This document shows, piece after piece, positions 9,466 to 20,171 of a stretch of 64,000 nucleotides of DNA. The notes under the pieces are model-generated. The model did no database searches. It saw only the letters and a list, made by a program, of their open reading frames with translations, and had not been told where the DNA came from. Location: assembly GCA_963555985.3 (NCBI GenBank), contig OY820591.1, forward strand, positions 1,728,001 to 1,792,000, written 5' to 3'. A program made the position numbers and the translations under genes. Numbering within the stretch: the first letter of the stretch is position 1; every line of letters begins with the position of its first letter. The DNA is from Dehalococcoidia bacterium (GTDB taxonomy: Bacteria > Chloroflexota > Dehalococcoidia > Bin125).

Positions 9466-10659
9466 TTAGTTGTCGCGGTCGGGGAGTGCGGCAATGCCCG
9501 GGAGTTCGATGCCCTGGAGGTATTCGAGCGCCGCACCGCCGCCGGTGCTGACATGGGTCATCTTGCGGGTGAGGTGGTATTGCGCGACGGCGGCCGCGGT
9601 TTCGCCGCCGCAGATGATGGTGTTGGCTTCGAGTTTGCTGAGCGCCTCGGCCATTGCGCGAGTACCGCCCGAGAACGCCTCTCGCTCGAACAGACCGAGC
9701 GGCCCGTTCCAGACGATGGTGTCGCAATCGCTGATCGCTTTGACGAAGTTCTCAATCGTCTGCGGCCCGACATCGAGGATTTGCCAATCGTCGGGCAGCG
9801 CTTCTTCTGTGAAGACCAGCGGTCTGGCGCGGGGAGGCTGATCGGCGCCGCGAGCGATCACGCAGTCAACCGGAATCACGAGTTGGCAGTCCTCGACCTC
9901 GGCGGTTGCGGCGATGTCGTTGGCGGCGTCGACCATCTCCGGTTCGAGCAGGGAGGCCCCGGTAGGTAGTCCCTGAGCGAGGAGGAAGGTGTTGGCCATG
10001 GCGCCGCCGATCGCGAGCGCGGAGGCGCGCTGCGCGAGTCGTTCGAGGAGCGCGAGTTTGTCCGAGATCTTGGCGCCGCCGCAGATGAATCCGAGCTTGC
10101 CAGTTTCGCCTCGCGCGATGGGCTCGAGGGCGGCGATTTCGCGTTCGAGTAGGAGCCCGGCGGCGGAGGGCAGCAGCTCTGCGACAGCGGCGGTGGAGGC
10201 ATGGGCGCGGTGAGCGGCGCCGAAGGCGTCGTTGACGTAGATATCGGCGAGGTCGGCCAACTGCGCGGCGAAGTCCGGATCGTTTGCTTCCTCTTCTTCA
10301 TGGAAGCGGAGGTTTTGCAGGACCAGGACTTCTCCGGGCTTGAGCGCGCTCGCCATCTCGGTAGCGACAGGGCCGATGCAATCCGGAGCCATGCCGATGT
10401 TCATCTTGAGCGTGCGCGCGAGCCGGACAGCCGCCGGGGTCAGATCGTAGGCAGGGTCTCGGCGGCCGCGGGGACGGCCGAGATGCGAGCAGCAGATGAC
10501 GGACGCGCCGCGGTCGAGGAGGTACTTGACGGTGGGTGCGGCGGCGGCGATGCGAGTGTCGTCGAGTACGCGCCCGCCGTCCAGAGGGACGTTGAGATCG
10601 AGGCGGAGGAGGACGCGCCGGCCATCAAGGTCGAGGTCGCGAACAGAGCGTTTCTGCAT
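9466..10659 (-). CDS. pgk: Phosphoglycerate kinase
   Basis: RLDLNVP, SHLGRP, NDAFGAAHRAHAS, WNGPLG, HVSTGGGA. Confidence 0.98.
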   Translation of the reverse strand: MQKRSVRDLDLDGRRVLLRLDLNVPLDGGRVLDDTRIAAAAPTVKYLLDRGASVICCSHLGRPRGRRDPAYDLTPAAVRLARTLKMNIGMAPDCIGPVATEMASALKPGEVLVLQNLRFHEEEEANDPDFAAQLADLADIYVNDAFGAAHRAHASTAAVAELLPSAAGLLLEREIAALEPIARGETGKLGFICGGAKISDKLALLERLAQRASALAIGGAMANTFLLAQGLPTGASLLEPEMVDAANDIAATAEVEDCQLVIPVDCVIARGADQPPRARPLVFTEEALPDDWQILDVGPQTIENFVKAISDCDTIVWNGPLGLFEREAFSGGTRAMAEALSKLEANTIICGGETAAAVAQYHLTRKMTHVSTGGGAALEYLQGIELPGIAALPDRDN

Positions 10660-10701
10660 CGGTCGGCTTCCGAACCGGGGATTGTCGGGCGGTGAGAATG
10701 A

Positions 10702-11202
10702 TCAGCGTGGGGTTTGCGCCGGTTCGGTCGATTCCTGTGGTGTGGAGATGCGGTCGGGGTCGTACTCGTGCTCAATCGCGGCGAGCTTGGCCAGCCGCCG
10801 GACATGCCGTCCGCCCTCGAATGTCGCATTCACAAAGGCGTCGACGATTTCTTGGGCAACAGCCGGCCCGACGGCGTAGGAGCCGAGCGCGAGGATGTTG
10901 CAGTCGGTGTGTTCGCGCGCACGTCGCGCAGTCCAAGAGTCTGCGCAGAGCGCTGCACGGGCACCGCGTACCTTGTTGGCCGCGATGCTGACGCCGACAC
11001 CGTTGGAGCAGACGAGAATGCCCAACTGACGGCGGCCGGCGACGACCGCTTCCGCCAACGGCGCGGCAACATCCGGATAGTCGATCGGCGCGTCGGAGTC
11101 AGGCCCGAAGTCTGCGACCTCATGGCCACTGGCGATCAGATGGTCGCGGAGACGCTGCTTGAGTTGGAAGCCGGCGTGGTCGCTGCCGATGGCGATGCGC
11201 AC
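10702..11202 (-). CDS. rpiB: Ribose-5-phosphate isomerase B
   Basis: GSDHAG, DYPD, CSNGVGVSIAANK, FEGGRH. Confidence 0.96.
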   Translation of the reverse strand: MRIAIGSDHAGFQLKQRLRDHLIASGHEVADFGPDSDAPIDYPDVAAPLAEAVVAGRRQLGILVCSNGVGVSIAANKVRGARAALCADSWTARRAREHTDCNILALGSYAVGPAVAQEIVDAFVNATFEGGRHVRRLAKLAAIEHEYDPDRISTPQESTEPAQTPR

Positions 11203-11230
11203 GTGTCTAAGACTCCTTCACTGACGCGAA

Positions 11231-11887
11231 CTAGCTCACGGTGTCGGATTCTGAAAGGCCCCAGTGCTGCATCAGCAACTCCCCGACCTTGGGCGCAAGT
11301 TCGGCTCCGCGCCGCAGCACGCGCGGCACGTGCCCCGTACATTCCAAGATAGTAGAGGGCGCACCCGCAGGCGCTACCGCTCCAGGCCGAACGATGTGAA
11401 CTGCGTTGCCTAACTGATCGCGAATGTCTTGGGGAAGTAGCGCGGCAGGCTGTCCATGCAGGTTGGCGCTCGTTCCCGTGAGCGGCTCATCGACTATGTC
11501 TAGCAAGGCAAGGGCGATGGGGTGGTCGGGGATGCGCAGGGCGACAGTGCCGCCGCTGACAGCGCTCGAACGCCAGTCGCTGCGCCGATTGACGATCAGG
11601 GTGAGAGCTCCGGGCCAGGCTTGTTCGGCCAGTGCCAGGACACGAGAGTCGAGGGGCTCGGCGATGGCGTGAAGATGTTCGCGCCAGCGGGCGGGCGGGA
11701 GAAAGACCGGCAAGTTCTCGCCGCTGGGGCGCTGCTTGAGGCGGAAGATCTCGTCAATCGCGCGATCGTCGTTTGCGATTCCGCTGAGCGCGTACTGCGT
11801 GTCGGTCGGCAGCGCGATCACACCGCCTTGCAGGAGAATCTCAGCTGCTCGCCGGAGCTGGTCGTTGCTTGGCGCTTCTTCGGTCAT
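11231..11887 (-). CDS. tsaC: L-threonylcarbamoyl-AMP synthase (Sua5/YrdC)
   Basis: LPTDTQYAL, KQRP, WPGALT, LRIPDHP, TSANLHG. Confidence 0.92.
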   Translation of the reverse strand: MTEEAPSNDQLRRAAEILLQGGVIALPTDTQYALSGIANDDRAIDEIFRLKQRPSGENLPVFLPPARWREHLHAIAEPLDSRVLALAEQAWPGALTLIVNRRSDWRSSAVSGGTVALRIPDHPIALALLDIVDEPLTGTSANLHGQPAALLPQDIRDQLGNAVHIVRPGAVAPAGAPSTILECTGHVPRVLRRGAELAPKVGELLMQHWGLSESDTVS

Positions 11888-11936
11888 GCTCGCATCGCCA
11901 ACCTGATCCGTGGCACGCTAGGGATAGCATGGCTGA

Positions 11937-13526
11937 ATGACGGAGTTTGCGACAGCACCGGATGTGAGAGATTCGCCACATGAGTCGATCGTGATTGTTG
12001 ATCTCGGCTCGCAGACAGCGATGTTGATTGCGCGGCGGGTTCGGGAACTGAATGTGTATTGCGAGCTCGCACCGCCGACGGCGAGTTGGGCGGAGGTGGA
12101 ACGGCTGCGACCGCGCGGCATCATTCTCTCCGGCGGTCCGGCCTCGGTGCATGACGCCGGCGCTCCAGTGGCGCCCGATTGGGCGCTTGACGGGCGGCTG
12201 CCCGTGCTCGGCATTTGCTACGGGATGCAGACGATGGCACAGCAGTTGGGGGGGCATGTGGAAGCGGGCCGGGAACGGGAGTTTGGCGCCGCTTCGATCT
12301 ACTCATCGGACGACTCGCCGTTGCTAGAGGGACTGCCGCGACCGATGCCGGTCTGGATGTCTCACGGAGATCGGGTCGATCAACTGCCGCCGGGCTTCCA
12401 ACCGTTGGCGACTACTGACTCGATTCCGGTCGCGGCGATGGGCGACGGTGAAGGGCGGTATGGCATCCAGTTTCACCCGGAGGTCGTGCATACGCCGCAG
12501 GGTGTGGAGCTGCTGCGCAATTTTGTGCGCGGGATTTGCCGCTGTTCCGGCGATTGGGACGCGGCGCATTTCATCACGGAGACCGTCGAAGCAGTACGCC
12601 GCCAAGTCGGATCGGGGCGCGTGATCTGCGGTTTGAGCGGGGGTGTGGACTCAGCCGTGGCAGCGGCGCTCGTGCATCGCGCCGTGGGCGATCAGTTGAC
12701 CTGCATTTATGTAGACAACGGACTGATGCGCTTGGGCGAGACGGAACAGGTCGCGGATACGTTCGAGCGGCATATGGGGATGAACCTTCACGTGGAGCGC
12801 GCCGGTGATCGTTTCCTCGAAGAGCTTGCCGGCGTGATCGATCCGGAGACCAAGCGCAAACGGGTGGGCGAGACCTTCATTTCGATCTTCGAGGAGGCGG
12901 CGATTGAGATCGCGCACGACGATCATGGCGTGGACTACCTCGTGCAGGGCACGACGTATCCCGATGTCGTGGAATCGGCTGGCTCCGGGCACGGATCGGC
13001 GACAGCGGTGATCAAATCGCACCACAACGTGGGCGGGCTGCCGGACGATCTGCGCTTTGAGCTGGTTGAGCCGCTGCGATATCTGTTTAAGGATGAGGTG
13101 CGCGAGGTCGGGCGGGAGCTTGGGTTGGCGGAAGAGATCGTGGGGCGGCAGCCGTATCCGGGACCCGGTTTGTCGATTCGGATTATTGGCGAGGTCACGC
13201 CCTCGAAGGTGCGAGTCTTGCAGCGCGCCGACGCAGTGGTGATGGAGGAAGTTCGGGCTGCCGGTCTCTACGACGAGTTATGGCAATCGTTCGCGATCCT
13301 GACCGATACGCGCTCGGTGGGAGTGCAAGGGGACGCGCGGACGTACGGCTGGGTCGTGGCGCTGCGAGCGGTGACGGCAGATGATGCGATGACCGCCGAC
13401 TGGGCGCGTTTGCCCTATGAGGTGCTGGGGCGAATTGCGAACCGGATCGTGAATGAGATCCCCGAGGTCAACCGGGTGGTCTACGACATCACGTCGAAGC
13501 CGCCGGGCACGATTGAGTGGGAGTGA
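11937..13526 (+). CDS. guaA: GMP synthase (glutamine-hydrolysing)
   Basis: [27 protein letters not shown], ends KPPGTIEWE. Confidence 0.98.
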   Translation: MTEFATAPDVRDSPHESIVIVDLGSQTAMLIARRVRELNVYCELAPPTASWAEVERLRPRGIILSGGPASVHDAGAPVAPDWALDGRLPVLGICYGMQTMAQQLGGHVEAGREREFGAASIYSSDDSPLLEGLPRPMPVWMSHGDRVDQLPPGFQPLATTDSIPVAAMGDGEGRYGIQFHPEVVHTPQGVELLRNFVRGICRCSGDWDAAHFITETVEAVRRQVGSGRVICGLSGGVDSAVAAALVHRAVGDQLTCIYVDNGLMRLGETEQVADTFERHMGMNLHVERAGDRFLEELAGVIDPETKRKRVGETFISIFEEAAIEIAHDDHGVDYLVQGTTYPDVVESAGSGHGSATAVIKSHHNVGGLPDDLRFELVEPLRYLFKDEVREVGRELGLAEEIVGRQPYPGPGLSIRIIGEVTPSKVRVLQRADAVVMEEVRAAGLYDELWQSFAILTDTRSVGVQGDARTYGWVVALRAVTADDAMTADWARLPYEVLGRIANRIVNEIPEVNRVVYDITSKPPGTIEWE

Positions 13527-13532
13527 TGCTCC

Positions 13533-13949
13533 GTGGTGATCACGATCTGCATGAGCATGTCGCTGCGGCATCGGCTGCCGGAGATCTGCCGTGAGCTGGA
13601 GCGGGCGGGCCACGTGGTGCTGACGCCGGTCGATACGAAAGAGTTCGACTACGAGGGCGCCAACGACCTCGAGCGGGCGGACTTGAAACGCGACCGCGAC
13701 CTGATTCGGACACACTACGAGAAGATCAAGGTCTCGGATGCGATTTTCGTGCTCAACGAAGACCTGCCGGGCAGACCCAACTACATCGGCGGCAACAGCT
13801 TCCTGGAGATGGGCTTCGCCCATGTGCTGCACATCCCAATCTACCTGATGCAAGACGTGCCGGAGTCGCCGTATCGCTCCGAAATGCTGGCGATGGATCC
13901 GATTGTGATTGGCGGTGATCTGTCACGGGTTGGGGAAGCGGCGATCTGA
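13533..13949 (+). CDS. Hypothetical protein, nucleoside 2-deoxyribosyltransferase-like fold
   Basis: KIKVSDAIFVLN...YIGGNSFLEMGFA resembles the D...E-x-G motifs of the NDT superfamily. Confidence 0.55.
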   Translation: MVITICMSMSLRHRLPEICRELERAGHVVLTPVDTKEFDYEGANDLERADLKRDRDLIRTHYEKIKVSDAIFVLNEDLPGRPNYIGGNSFLEMGFAHVLHIPIYLMQDVPESPYRSEMLAMDPIVIGGDLSRVGEAAI

Positions 13950-13977
13950 GTGGGATAGCTGCGAGTAGGATCGCGCT

Positions 13978-15246
13978 ATGCGCATCCTGATCGTCGGCGG
14001 CGGAGGACGCGAGCACGCTCTCGCTTGGAAACTTGCCCAGTCTCCCCGCTGCGAGGCGATCTTCGCGGCCCCGGGCAATGCCGGCACGGCTGCGCTTGGC
14101 GAGAATCTGCCTGTCTCAGACTCGGACACTGACGGCATTTGCGACTCCGCCGAGCAGCGCCGGATCGACCTGGTTGTGGTCGGTCCGGAAGCGCCTCTCG
14201 CAGCCGGACTCGTGGACGCCCTCGGCCGGCGCGGCATTCTCAGTTTTGGTCCGACGCAGCAGGCGGCGCGGCTCGAATCATCCAAGTGGTACGCCAAATC
14301 AGTGATGCGCGACGCCGGCGTCCCGCACGCTCAGGGCGAACTCTTCACCTCTGCCGGAGCAGCCCACAAGTGGCTCGAAATGTTGGGGCCCGACGAGCTC
14401 CCGGTACTCAAGGCCGACGGACTTGCGGCGGGCAAGGGCGTGATCGTGCCTGATCACATTGACGACGCTCACGCTGCGATTGATGATCTCTTCGGGGGTA
14501 GGTTCGGGTCGGCGGGGGAACAGGTCGTGATCGAGGATCGGCTCGCGGGCATGGAAGCGTCGGCGATGGCGATCGTCTCCGGCGCGGACATTCTGCCCTT
14601 GCCCCTGAGCTGCGACTACAAGCGCATCCTGGACGGAGATCAGGGGCCAAACACCGGCGGCATGGGCGTCTATGCACCGCCGGGCTTTGTCGGCAATGCG
14701 GAGGATGTGTACGCCCAAATCCACCAGCCGGTCGCTGAGCAGATGGCCGCCGGCGGTCACGAATTCCGCGGTCTGCTCTACGCAGGACTGATGATTGAGG
14801 GCGATGAGACCAACGTGCTCGAGTTCAACGTGCGCTTCGGAGATCCCGAAACTCAGGCGGTGCTGCCTCTGCTTGAGGGCGACCTGCTGCCCGTTCTCGA
14901 AGCAGCTGCGCGCGGCGAGTCGCTGCCTCGTGACGCGATCAGTCATTCAGGGCGAGCGTCGGTCAGCGTAGCGATCGTCAGCGGCGGGTATCCAGGCTCT
15001 TACGAGACCGGCAAACCGATCCACGGGTTGGACGCCGTTGACGAAGCTGTGGATGTGTTCCACGCCGGAACGCAACTCGGCGACGATGGGCGGGTACTCA
15101 CGTCGGGCGGGCGCGTTGTGGCAGTAACAGCGGTGGCGGATACGCTCGAAGAAGCCAGAGGGATCGCTTACGACAATGTTCGCCGGATCAGCTTTGATGG
15201 GGCCTACCATCGCACCGACATCGCACTGAGGGAGATGCAGGCATGA
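13978..15246 (+). CDS. purD: Phosphoribosylamine-glycine ligase
   Basis: GGGGREHAL, KADGLAAGKGV, GPNTGGMG, EFNVRFGDPE. Confidence 0.98.
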   Translation: MRILIVGGGGREHALAWKLAQSPRCEAIFAAPGNAGTAALGENLPVSDSDTDGICDSAEQRRIDLVVVGPEAPLAAGLVDALGRRGILSFGPTQQAARLESSKWYAKSVMRDAGVPHAQGELFTSAGAAHKWLEMLGPDELPVLKADGLAAGKGVIVPDHIDDAHAAIDDLFGGRFGSAGEQVVIEDRLAGMEASAMAIVSGADILPLPLSCDYKRILDGDQGPNTGGMGVYAPPGFVGNAEDVYAQIHQPVAEQMAAGGHEFRGLLYAGLMIEGDETNVLEFNVRFGDPETQAVLPLLEGDLLPVLEAAARGESLPRDAISHSGRASVSVAIVSGGYPGSYETGKPIHGLDAVDEAVDVFHAGTQLGDDGRVLTSGGRVVAVTAVADTLEEARGIAYDNVRRISFDGAYHRTDIALREMQA

Positions 15247-15590
15247 CGACTCGCACGGTTCGACCGAATCTACAGGCGCACGACGATGCGCTGCGGGTAG
15301 AGATGTTCCCCGGCGTGGCGCGGCGCACCCTCAACGCCGGCGAGCAGACCTCGATTCACGAGATCGAGATCGCGGCGGGATGCGTCGTGCCCATGCACAC
15401 ACATCCGCACGAGCAGATCGGCTACCTGGTCTGCGGGCGCGTGAAGTTTGAGCTCGGGGATGAGATCAAGGAACTGAGCGCGGGTGACTCCTGGGTGATT
15501 CCTTCCGAGATTCCGCACGAGGTCACCGCGCTTGAGGATGCCGTCGCGATTGACATCTTCTCTCCGGCGCGCGAGGAGTACATCCCCTAA
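15243..15590 (+). CDS. Cupin domain protein
   Basis: HTHPHEQ...IPSEIPH...DIFSPARE. Confidence 0.85.
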   Translation: MTTRTVRPNLQAHDDALRVEMFPGVARRTLNAGEQTSIHEIEIAAGCVVPMHTHPHEQIGYLVCGRVKFELGDEIKELSAGDSWVIPSEIPHEVTALEDAVAIDIFSPAREEYIP

Positions 15591-16882
15591 TGATCCCCCG
15601 CTATCAACGCGCGGAGATGGCCGCGCTCTGGACCGACGACGCCAAGTGGCGGCGCTGGCTCGATGTCGAGATCGCCGTCGTGAACGCCTGGGCCGACGAA
15701 GGGGTCGTGCCGCGTGAAGACGCCGAACTGGTCGCGGCCAACGCGGGCTACAACGTCGCCGATATCGACCGCTATCAGGCGGCGGTGCATCACGACACGC
15801 TGGCGTTCCTGCGCTCGGTCGCGGACACGCTGGGGCCGGAGTCGCGCTGGGTGCATCACGGCCTGACCACTTCCGATGTTTGGGACACTGCCTCAGCGCT
15901 CCAGATCCGCGATGCGGCGCGGATCATCGAAGACGACCTCGAGCGGCTGGAGGCCTCGATCACGAAGCGCGCAGTCGAGCATAAGCACACGCTCTGCGTG
16001 GGTCGCACGCACGGGATTCATGGCGAGCCGACGACATTCGGGCTGAAACTGGCCAGTTGGATTGACGAAACGCGCCGCAACCGGCGCAGGCTGGCGGATG
16101 CGATCGAATCCGTGGCAGTGGGCAAGATCTCGGGCACGGTGGGTACCCACGCGACAGTGCCGCCGCATATCGAGGAGCGGGTTTGCCGCGAGTTGGGACT
16201 TGGGGTGGAGGCGATTTCGACGCAGGTGGTCCAGCGCGATCGTCACGCTCAGTTCCTCTCCACGCTTGCGCTGATCGCTGCATCTCTGGAGCGCTTCGCC
16301 ACCGAAATTCGCCATTTGCAACGCACCGAGGTGCGGGAGGTACGCGAGCCGTTTGCCGAAGGTCAGGCCGGTTCGTCGGCGATGCCGCACAAGCGCAACC
16401 CGGAGAAGGCGGAGCGCGTTTGTGGTCTGGCGCGGACGATTCGCGCGAACGCAATGACCGCGATCGAAAACGTCGCGCTCTGGCACGAACGCGACATCTC
16501 GCACACATCCGCCGAACGGATTGCGATCCCCGACGCCTGCTTCGCGCTCGACTACATCACCGACATGATGGCTTGGATCATCGACGGCCTAGTGATCGAC
16601 GCGGAGCGAATGCGCGCGAACCTGGACTCGTCGTACGGGCTGATCTACAGCCAGCGGGTGATGCTCGCGCTGACCGAAGCGGGCGTCGGCCGCGACGACG
16701 CCTACAAGCGGGTGCAGCGTTACGCGATGCAGGCGTGGGACGAGGGGATGCAGTTCCGCGGACTGATCGAGGGTGACGCGGTGATCACATCGGCGCTGGA
16801 TCAGGCAGCAATGGATGATGTCTTCGATCCCGGCTATTTCACGCGCTACGTGGACGAGTCGTTTGCGCGGCTGGGGCTGTAA
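15590..16882 (+). CDS. purB: Adenylosuccinate lyase
   Basis: GRTHGIHGEPTT and the SSAMPHKRNP signature. Confidence 0.97.
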   Translation: MIPRYQRAEMAALWTDDAKWRRWLDVEIAVVNAWADEGVVPREDAELVAANAGYNVADIDRYQAAVHHDTLAFLRSVADTLGPESRWVHHGLTTSDVWDTASALQIRDAARIIEDDLERLEASITKRAVEHKHTLCVGRTHGIHGEPTTFGLKLASWIDETRRNRRRLADAIESVAVGKISGTVGTHATVPPHIEERVCRELGLGVEAISTQVVQRDRHAQFLSTLALIAASLERFATEIRHLQRTEVREVREPFAEGQAGSSAMPHKRNPEKAERVCGLARTIRANAMTAIENVALWHERDISHTSAERIAIPDACFALDYITDMMAWIIDGLVIDAERMRANLDSSYGLIYSQRVMLALTEAGVGRDDAYKRVQRYAMQAWDEGMQFRGLIEGDAVITSALDQAAMDDVFDPGYFTRYVDESFARLGL

Positions 16883-17071
16883 GGAGACGGCGGCGCCGCA
16901 CCCGGCGGGCGGGATTTGCCGGTACTAGGGAATCTCGAACTCGCTGCTGAGCCAGTCAATCGGATTCCGGCCGGCAGGGAACTTGCGGGTCGTGGGCAAG
17001 ATGCGCTCACCGTCGTCGTTGACGAAGTGATCCCTCCGCAGTGACCGCGACATCGCCGCCCACCGACCATG

Positions 17072-19726
17072 TCATTCGCCGCCCATCGCGGAGTCGTCGT
17101 CGCCTGCGGTAGGTTCTCCGCATCTGCCCGTGTTCGAGTCGATCTTCTTGACGTCGTATTCGACAGCGGCCCATTGCATGAGGCAGTCCTTCATTTCGTG
17201 TTGATCCACTCCAAACTGCCGCTCCAAGGCACCCTCGGTGAACCACCAGGACCACCAGACCAACGTCTGGTGGTCAGCGAACTGACGATAATACGAAAGC
17301 AGCGACCGTTCACCACCCATGTGAACGAGCAATTCGGTCGCAATCGCGCCCAAGTCGTATGCGAAGTTCTCCAGATACTCTTCCAACTGTTCCACATCTG
17401 CGAGATCGCAATCAAATGTCTTCTCTGCCTTACGGCACAGCTTTTTCTTCGCCTCGACCCGGAAGCTGCTCCACCGCTCTGTCTGGAGCCGGGCATAGTC
17501 GACGTACTTTCGATCGAAGTATCGAGCATTTCCTTCGTACAGCCACTCCGGGGCAAGGGAAGCTTTATCGTATCCAGCATCAAAGGCATGCAGAAATCCC
17601 TCGTAGTCCGCCGAGGCCAACTGAAGAAGGTGGAAGTACTCGTGGGCTACGACTCTCTTCGTAACCTCGAGTCCAGGTTCGTTGTACATGTCATAACGAA
17701 ATCGGATGGCTGCGTGACCCGTGCGGGCCTGGGGAGGTGCAAGTGGGTTAACACTGTTTGGAGTACTTCTTGCCGCCCGTCCCGCTGCGTTCTTCTTCTC
17801 CGTCTCCAGGTCCAACACGTCGAAGGGGATCTCGTAGTGGTACTGCTCCATCAGCTGAGCGAAATCTTCAACGAAATACGGACCGACGTACAGGAAAGCG
17901 TCCTCCGACAGAGTTCCGCCGAATCGCGCTTCGGCGAAGTGCTCGATCGGCTTGATCGACGCCGCCAACTCGGCGATGGCATAGTGATCGTCCAGGAGGA
18001 AGTTCGCCTGCGCGCGCGTTTGATCGCCGGGCACGATCGCCAGGGCGTACTTGCCCTCGGCGAGCCGGTTGATGGAAGTGACGTCGATATAGTAGGTCCC
18101 GGGTTTGAGGACGAAGGTCGCGCCGGCGCCATAGGGTCCGAACCGACCGGCCCCGCTATCGCTGTAGTCATCGCCGCGCGACAGGCGGAACTCCACTGGC
18201 AGTTCGCTCGAGATTAAGTCGACTCGAACTTCGCGCTCCCCGTCCACCGTAAACGCGTATCGGTCAACCCGGCGCGACGGCGATGGATTGAGACTGAGGC
18301 AATCGCCCGATTCCAGGTGGCCATGCCCGACCAAACTATGCCGAACGTCCGTGGTGTCGATCGTGCCGAGTTCGATCGAGCCGCAGTCCCCGCCTGTTCC
18401 CGTCCGGCCATCGGAACCAAGTGAGACGCTGAGCTCATAGTTCCCAAGGCCGTCATAAGTTTGAGCGGCGACGATCTGGTAGTCGCCTGGGGCGAGGGAC
18501 TGGGTGATCTGGGAGCGCAACCCAGTTTCATCATCACCCGGAACAATTTCCCGTCCAGACCCATCCAGCAGGCGGACATACTCCGAGAAATCGCCGGAAC
18601 TCATCTTGATCGTCACCTCGGCGCTTTGCTCAAGCTTGAATGAGTAGAGGTCTGCGCGCTGTTCGGAGTCCAGCGGATCGCGGCAGTCGTCCCAGTAAGA
18701 GAGCAAGCCGGAGCGGTACGCGCCGAGCGAGCGCAACGTTCCCAGATCGTGGGCCGCGCAAGCGGCGACGCCGCCCTGCGTCACGCGCAGGCCGGCCGGC
18801 GGACTCGACTGACCATTGTCGTCGTCGCCCCAGCAATGGACCGCGCCTGACGCCGTCAGCCCGCAGGTGTAACCCCAGCCCGCGCTGACCTGCGTGAAAC
18901 GCCCGGCCGGCGGACTCGACTGGCCGGATTCGTCGTCGCCCCAGCACTGGACTGCGCCCGACGCCGTCAGCCCGCAGCTGTGTGTCCCGCCCGCGCTGAC
19001 CTGCGTGAAACGCCCGGCCGGCGGACTCCACTCGGTCGGCGGACTCCACTGGTCAAAGTTCACGTAGCCCCAGCACTGGACTTCCTTCGACGCCGTTAGC
19101 CCGCAGGTGTGCAACGAGCCCGCGCTGACCTGCGTGAAACGCCCGGCCGGCGGACTCGACTGGCCCGCCCAGTCGTCGCCCCAGCACTGGACCGCGCCCG
19201 AGGTCGTCAGCCCGCAGGTGTGCAACGCGCCCGCGCTGACCTGCGTGAAACGCCCGGCCGGCGGACTCGACTGGCCGAATTTGTCGTTGCCCCAGCACTG
19301 GACCGCGCTCGACGCCGTCACCCCGCAGCTGTGAAAAAAGCCTGCGCTGACTTGGGTGAAGCGACCCGCCGGCGGACTCGACTGGCCGTAGTCGTTCCGG
19401 CCCCAGCACTGCGCCGCGCCCGACGCCGTCACGCCGCAGCTGTGATGTACGTCCGCGCTGACCTGCGTGAAGCGCCCGGCCGGCGGACTCGACTGACCTT
19501 CGTCGTCCCCGCCCCAACACTGCACAGCGCCGGACTCCGTCACTACGCAGGTGTGATCCCCGCCCGCGCTGAGGGTTTCGACTAAACTCGATCCGCCCGA
19601 CTGCGCCTCTGCCGACCCGGCCTCAAGCCCCCAAACCGCAGCCGCAGCGACGACCGCGATGACCGCGAGCGCGGCCAGCCGCAGTTGCAATCTGAACCCA
19701 CCGTCTCCCATTTGCCGGAATGTCAT
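17072..19726 (-). CDS. Secreted multidomain protein: signal peptide, 7 RCC1-like repeats, two PPC-like domains, HExxH metallopeptidase-like C-terminus
   Basis: Hydrophobic N-terminus ending AEAQ; repeated VSAGxxHxCGLTASGAVQCWG; DLYSFKL/PGDYQI and PGTYYI modules; AHEYFH...PEWLYEG. Confidence 0.8.
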   Translation of the reverse strand: MTFRQMGDGGFRLQLRLAALAVIAVVAAAAVWGLEAGSAEAQSGGSSLVETLSAGGDHTCVVTESGAVQCWGGDDEGQSSPPAGRFTQVSADVHHSCGVTASGAAQCWGRNDYGQSSPPAGRFTQVSAGFFHSCGVTASSAVQCWGNDKFGQSSPPAGRFTQVSAGALHTCGLTTSGAVQCWGDDWAGQSSPPAGRFTQVSAGSLHTCGLTASKEVQCWGYVNFDQWSPPTEWSPPAGRFTQVSAGGTHSCGLTASGAVQCWGDDESGQSSPPAGRFTQVSAGWGYTCGLTASGAVHCWGDDDNGQSSPPAGLRVTQGGVAACAAHDLGTLRSLGAYRSGLLSYWDDCRDPLDSEQRADLYSFKLEQSAEVTIKMSSGDFSEYVRLLDGSGREIVPGDDETGLRSQITQSLAPGDYQIVAAQTYDGLGNYELSVSLGSDGRTGTGGDCGSIELGTIDTTDVRHSLVGHGHLESGDCLSLNPSPSRRVDRYAFTVDGEREVRVDLISSELPVEFRLSRGDDYSDSGAGRFGPYGAGATFVLKPGTYYIDVTSINRLAEGKYALAIVPGDQTRAQANFLLDDHYAIAELAASIKPIEHFAEARFGGTLSEDAFLYVGPYFVEDFAQLMEQYHYEIPFDVLDLETEKKNAAGRAARSTPNSVNPLAPPQARTGHAAIRFRYDMYNEPGLEVTKRVVAHEYFHLLQLASADYEGFLHAFDAGYDKASLAPEWLYEGNARYFDRKYVDYARLQTERWSSFRVEAKKKLCRKAEKTFDCDLADVEQLEEYLENFAYDLGAIATELLVHMGGERSLLSYYRQFADHQTLVWWSWWFTEGALERQFGVDQHEMKDCLMQWAAVEYDVKKIDSNTGRCGEPTAGDDDSAMGGE
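18790..19578 (-). repeat. Intragenic 111-bp tandem repeats (37-aa RCC1-like units)
   Basis: Near-identical units at 18881, 18992, 19121, 19232 and onward; one unit carries an extra 18 bp (WSPPTE). Confidence 0.9.
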
Positions 19727-20171
19727 GAATGAGCAGCCTCTCCGCGCGAGAGGCTACAGGCATGACGGGTGTGCGTCCAATATCGGTGTGAGATTGGCAG
19801 TAGCGCTATGTATCCGAATGATGTGTGTCATGCTGGCGCGTGTATGTGAAGCTGCGACCATCCCTCATGCACGACATTCGGCTACACGCCCACTTGATAA
19901 GCTGGCAATCAGGTTTTTGTCTCCGCATATCGCCTCGCAAAGCGTCCTCAACGCGGTCACGTCGTCCATGTTCTCATCCATTCCTCGCTATGCGCCGTCT
20001 CAACTTGAGGGCTCTGACCGGACCGGACGAGTTCGACGCGGTCGTAGTCCGGGCTGGTCATGGGAAACTGCTCGGGGCGGGTCGGCAGGCGACCAAGGCG
20101 GCGACGCTCGTTATCCACAGAGGCCGATCATTCCCTCAACCTGACCTAAGATCGCCCCAAAGGAGTCTGCG

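Noticed and set aside
18790-19578. Regular repeats considered as a CRISPR array or DGR template
   Set aside because: In-frame 111-bp coding repeats; no unique spacers and no reverse transcriptase in the window
20030-20110. Possible ZTP or PRPP riboswitch upstream of purC (GGTCG...CGACC stem)
   Set aside because: The conserved core motifs of these riboswitch classes could not be found by eye
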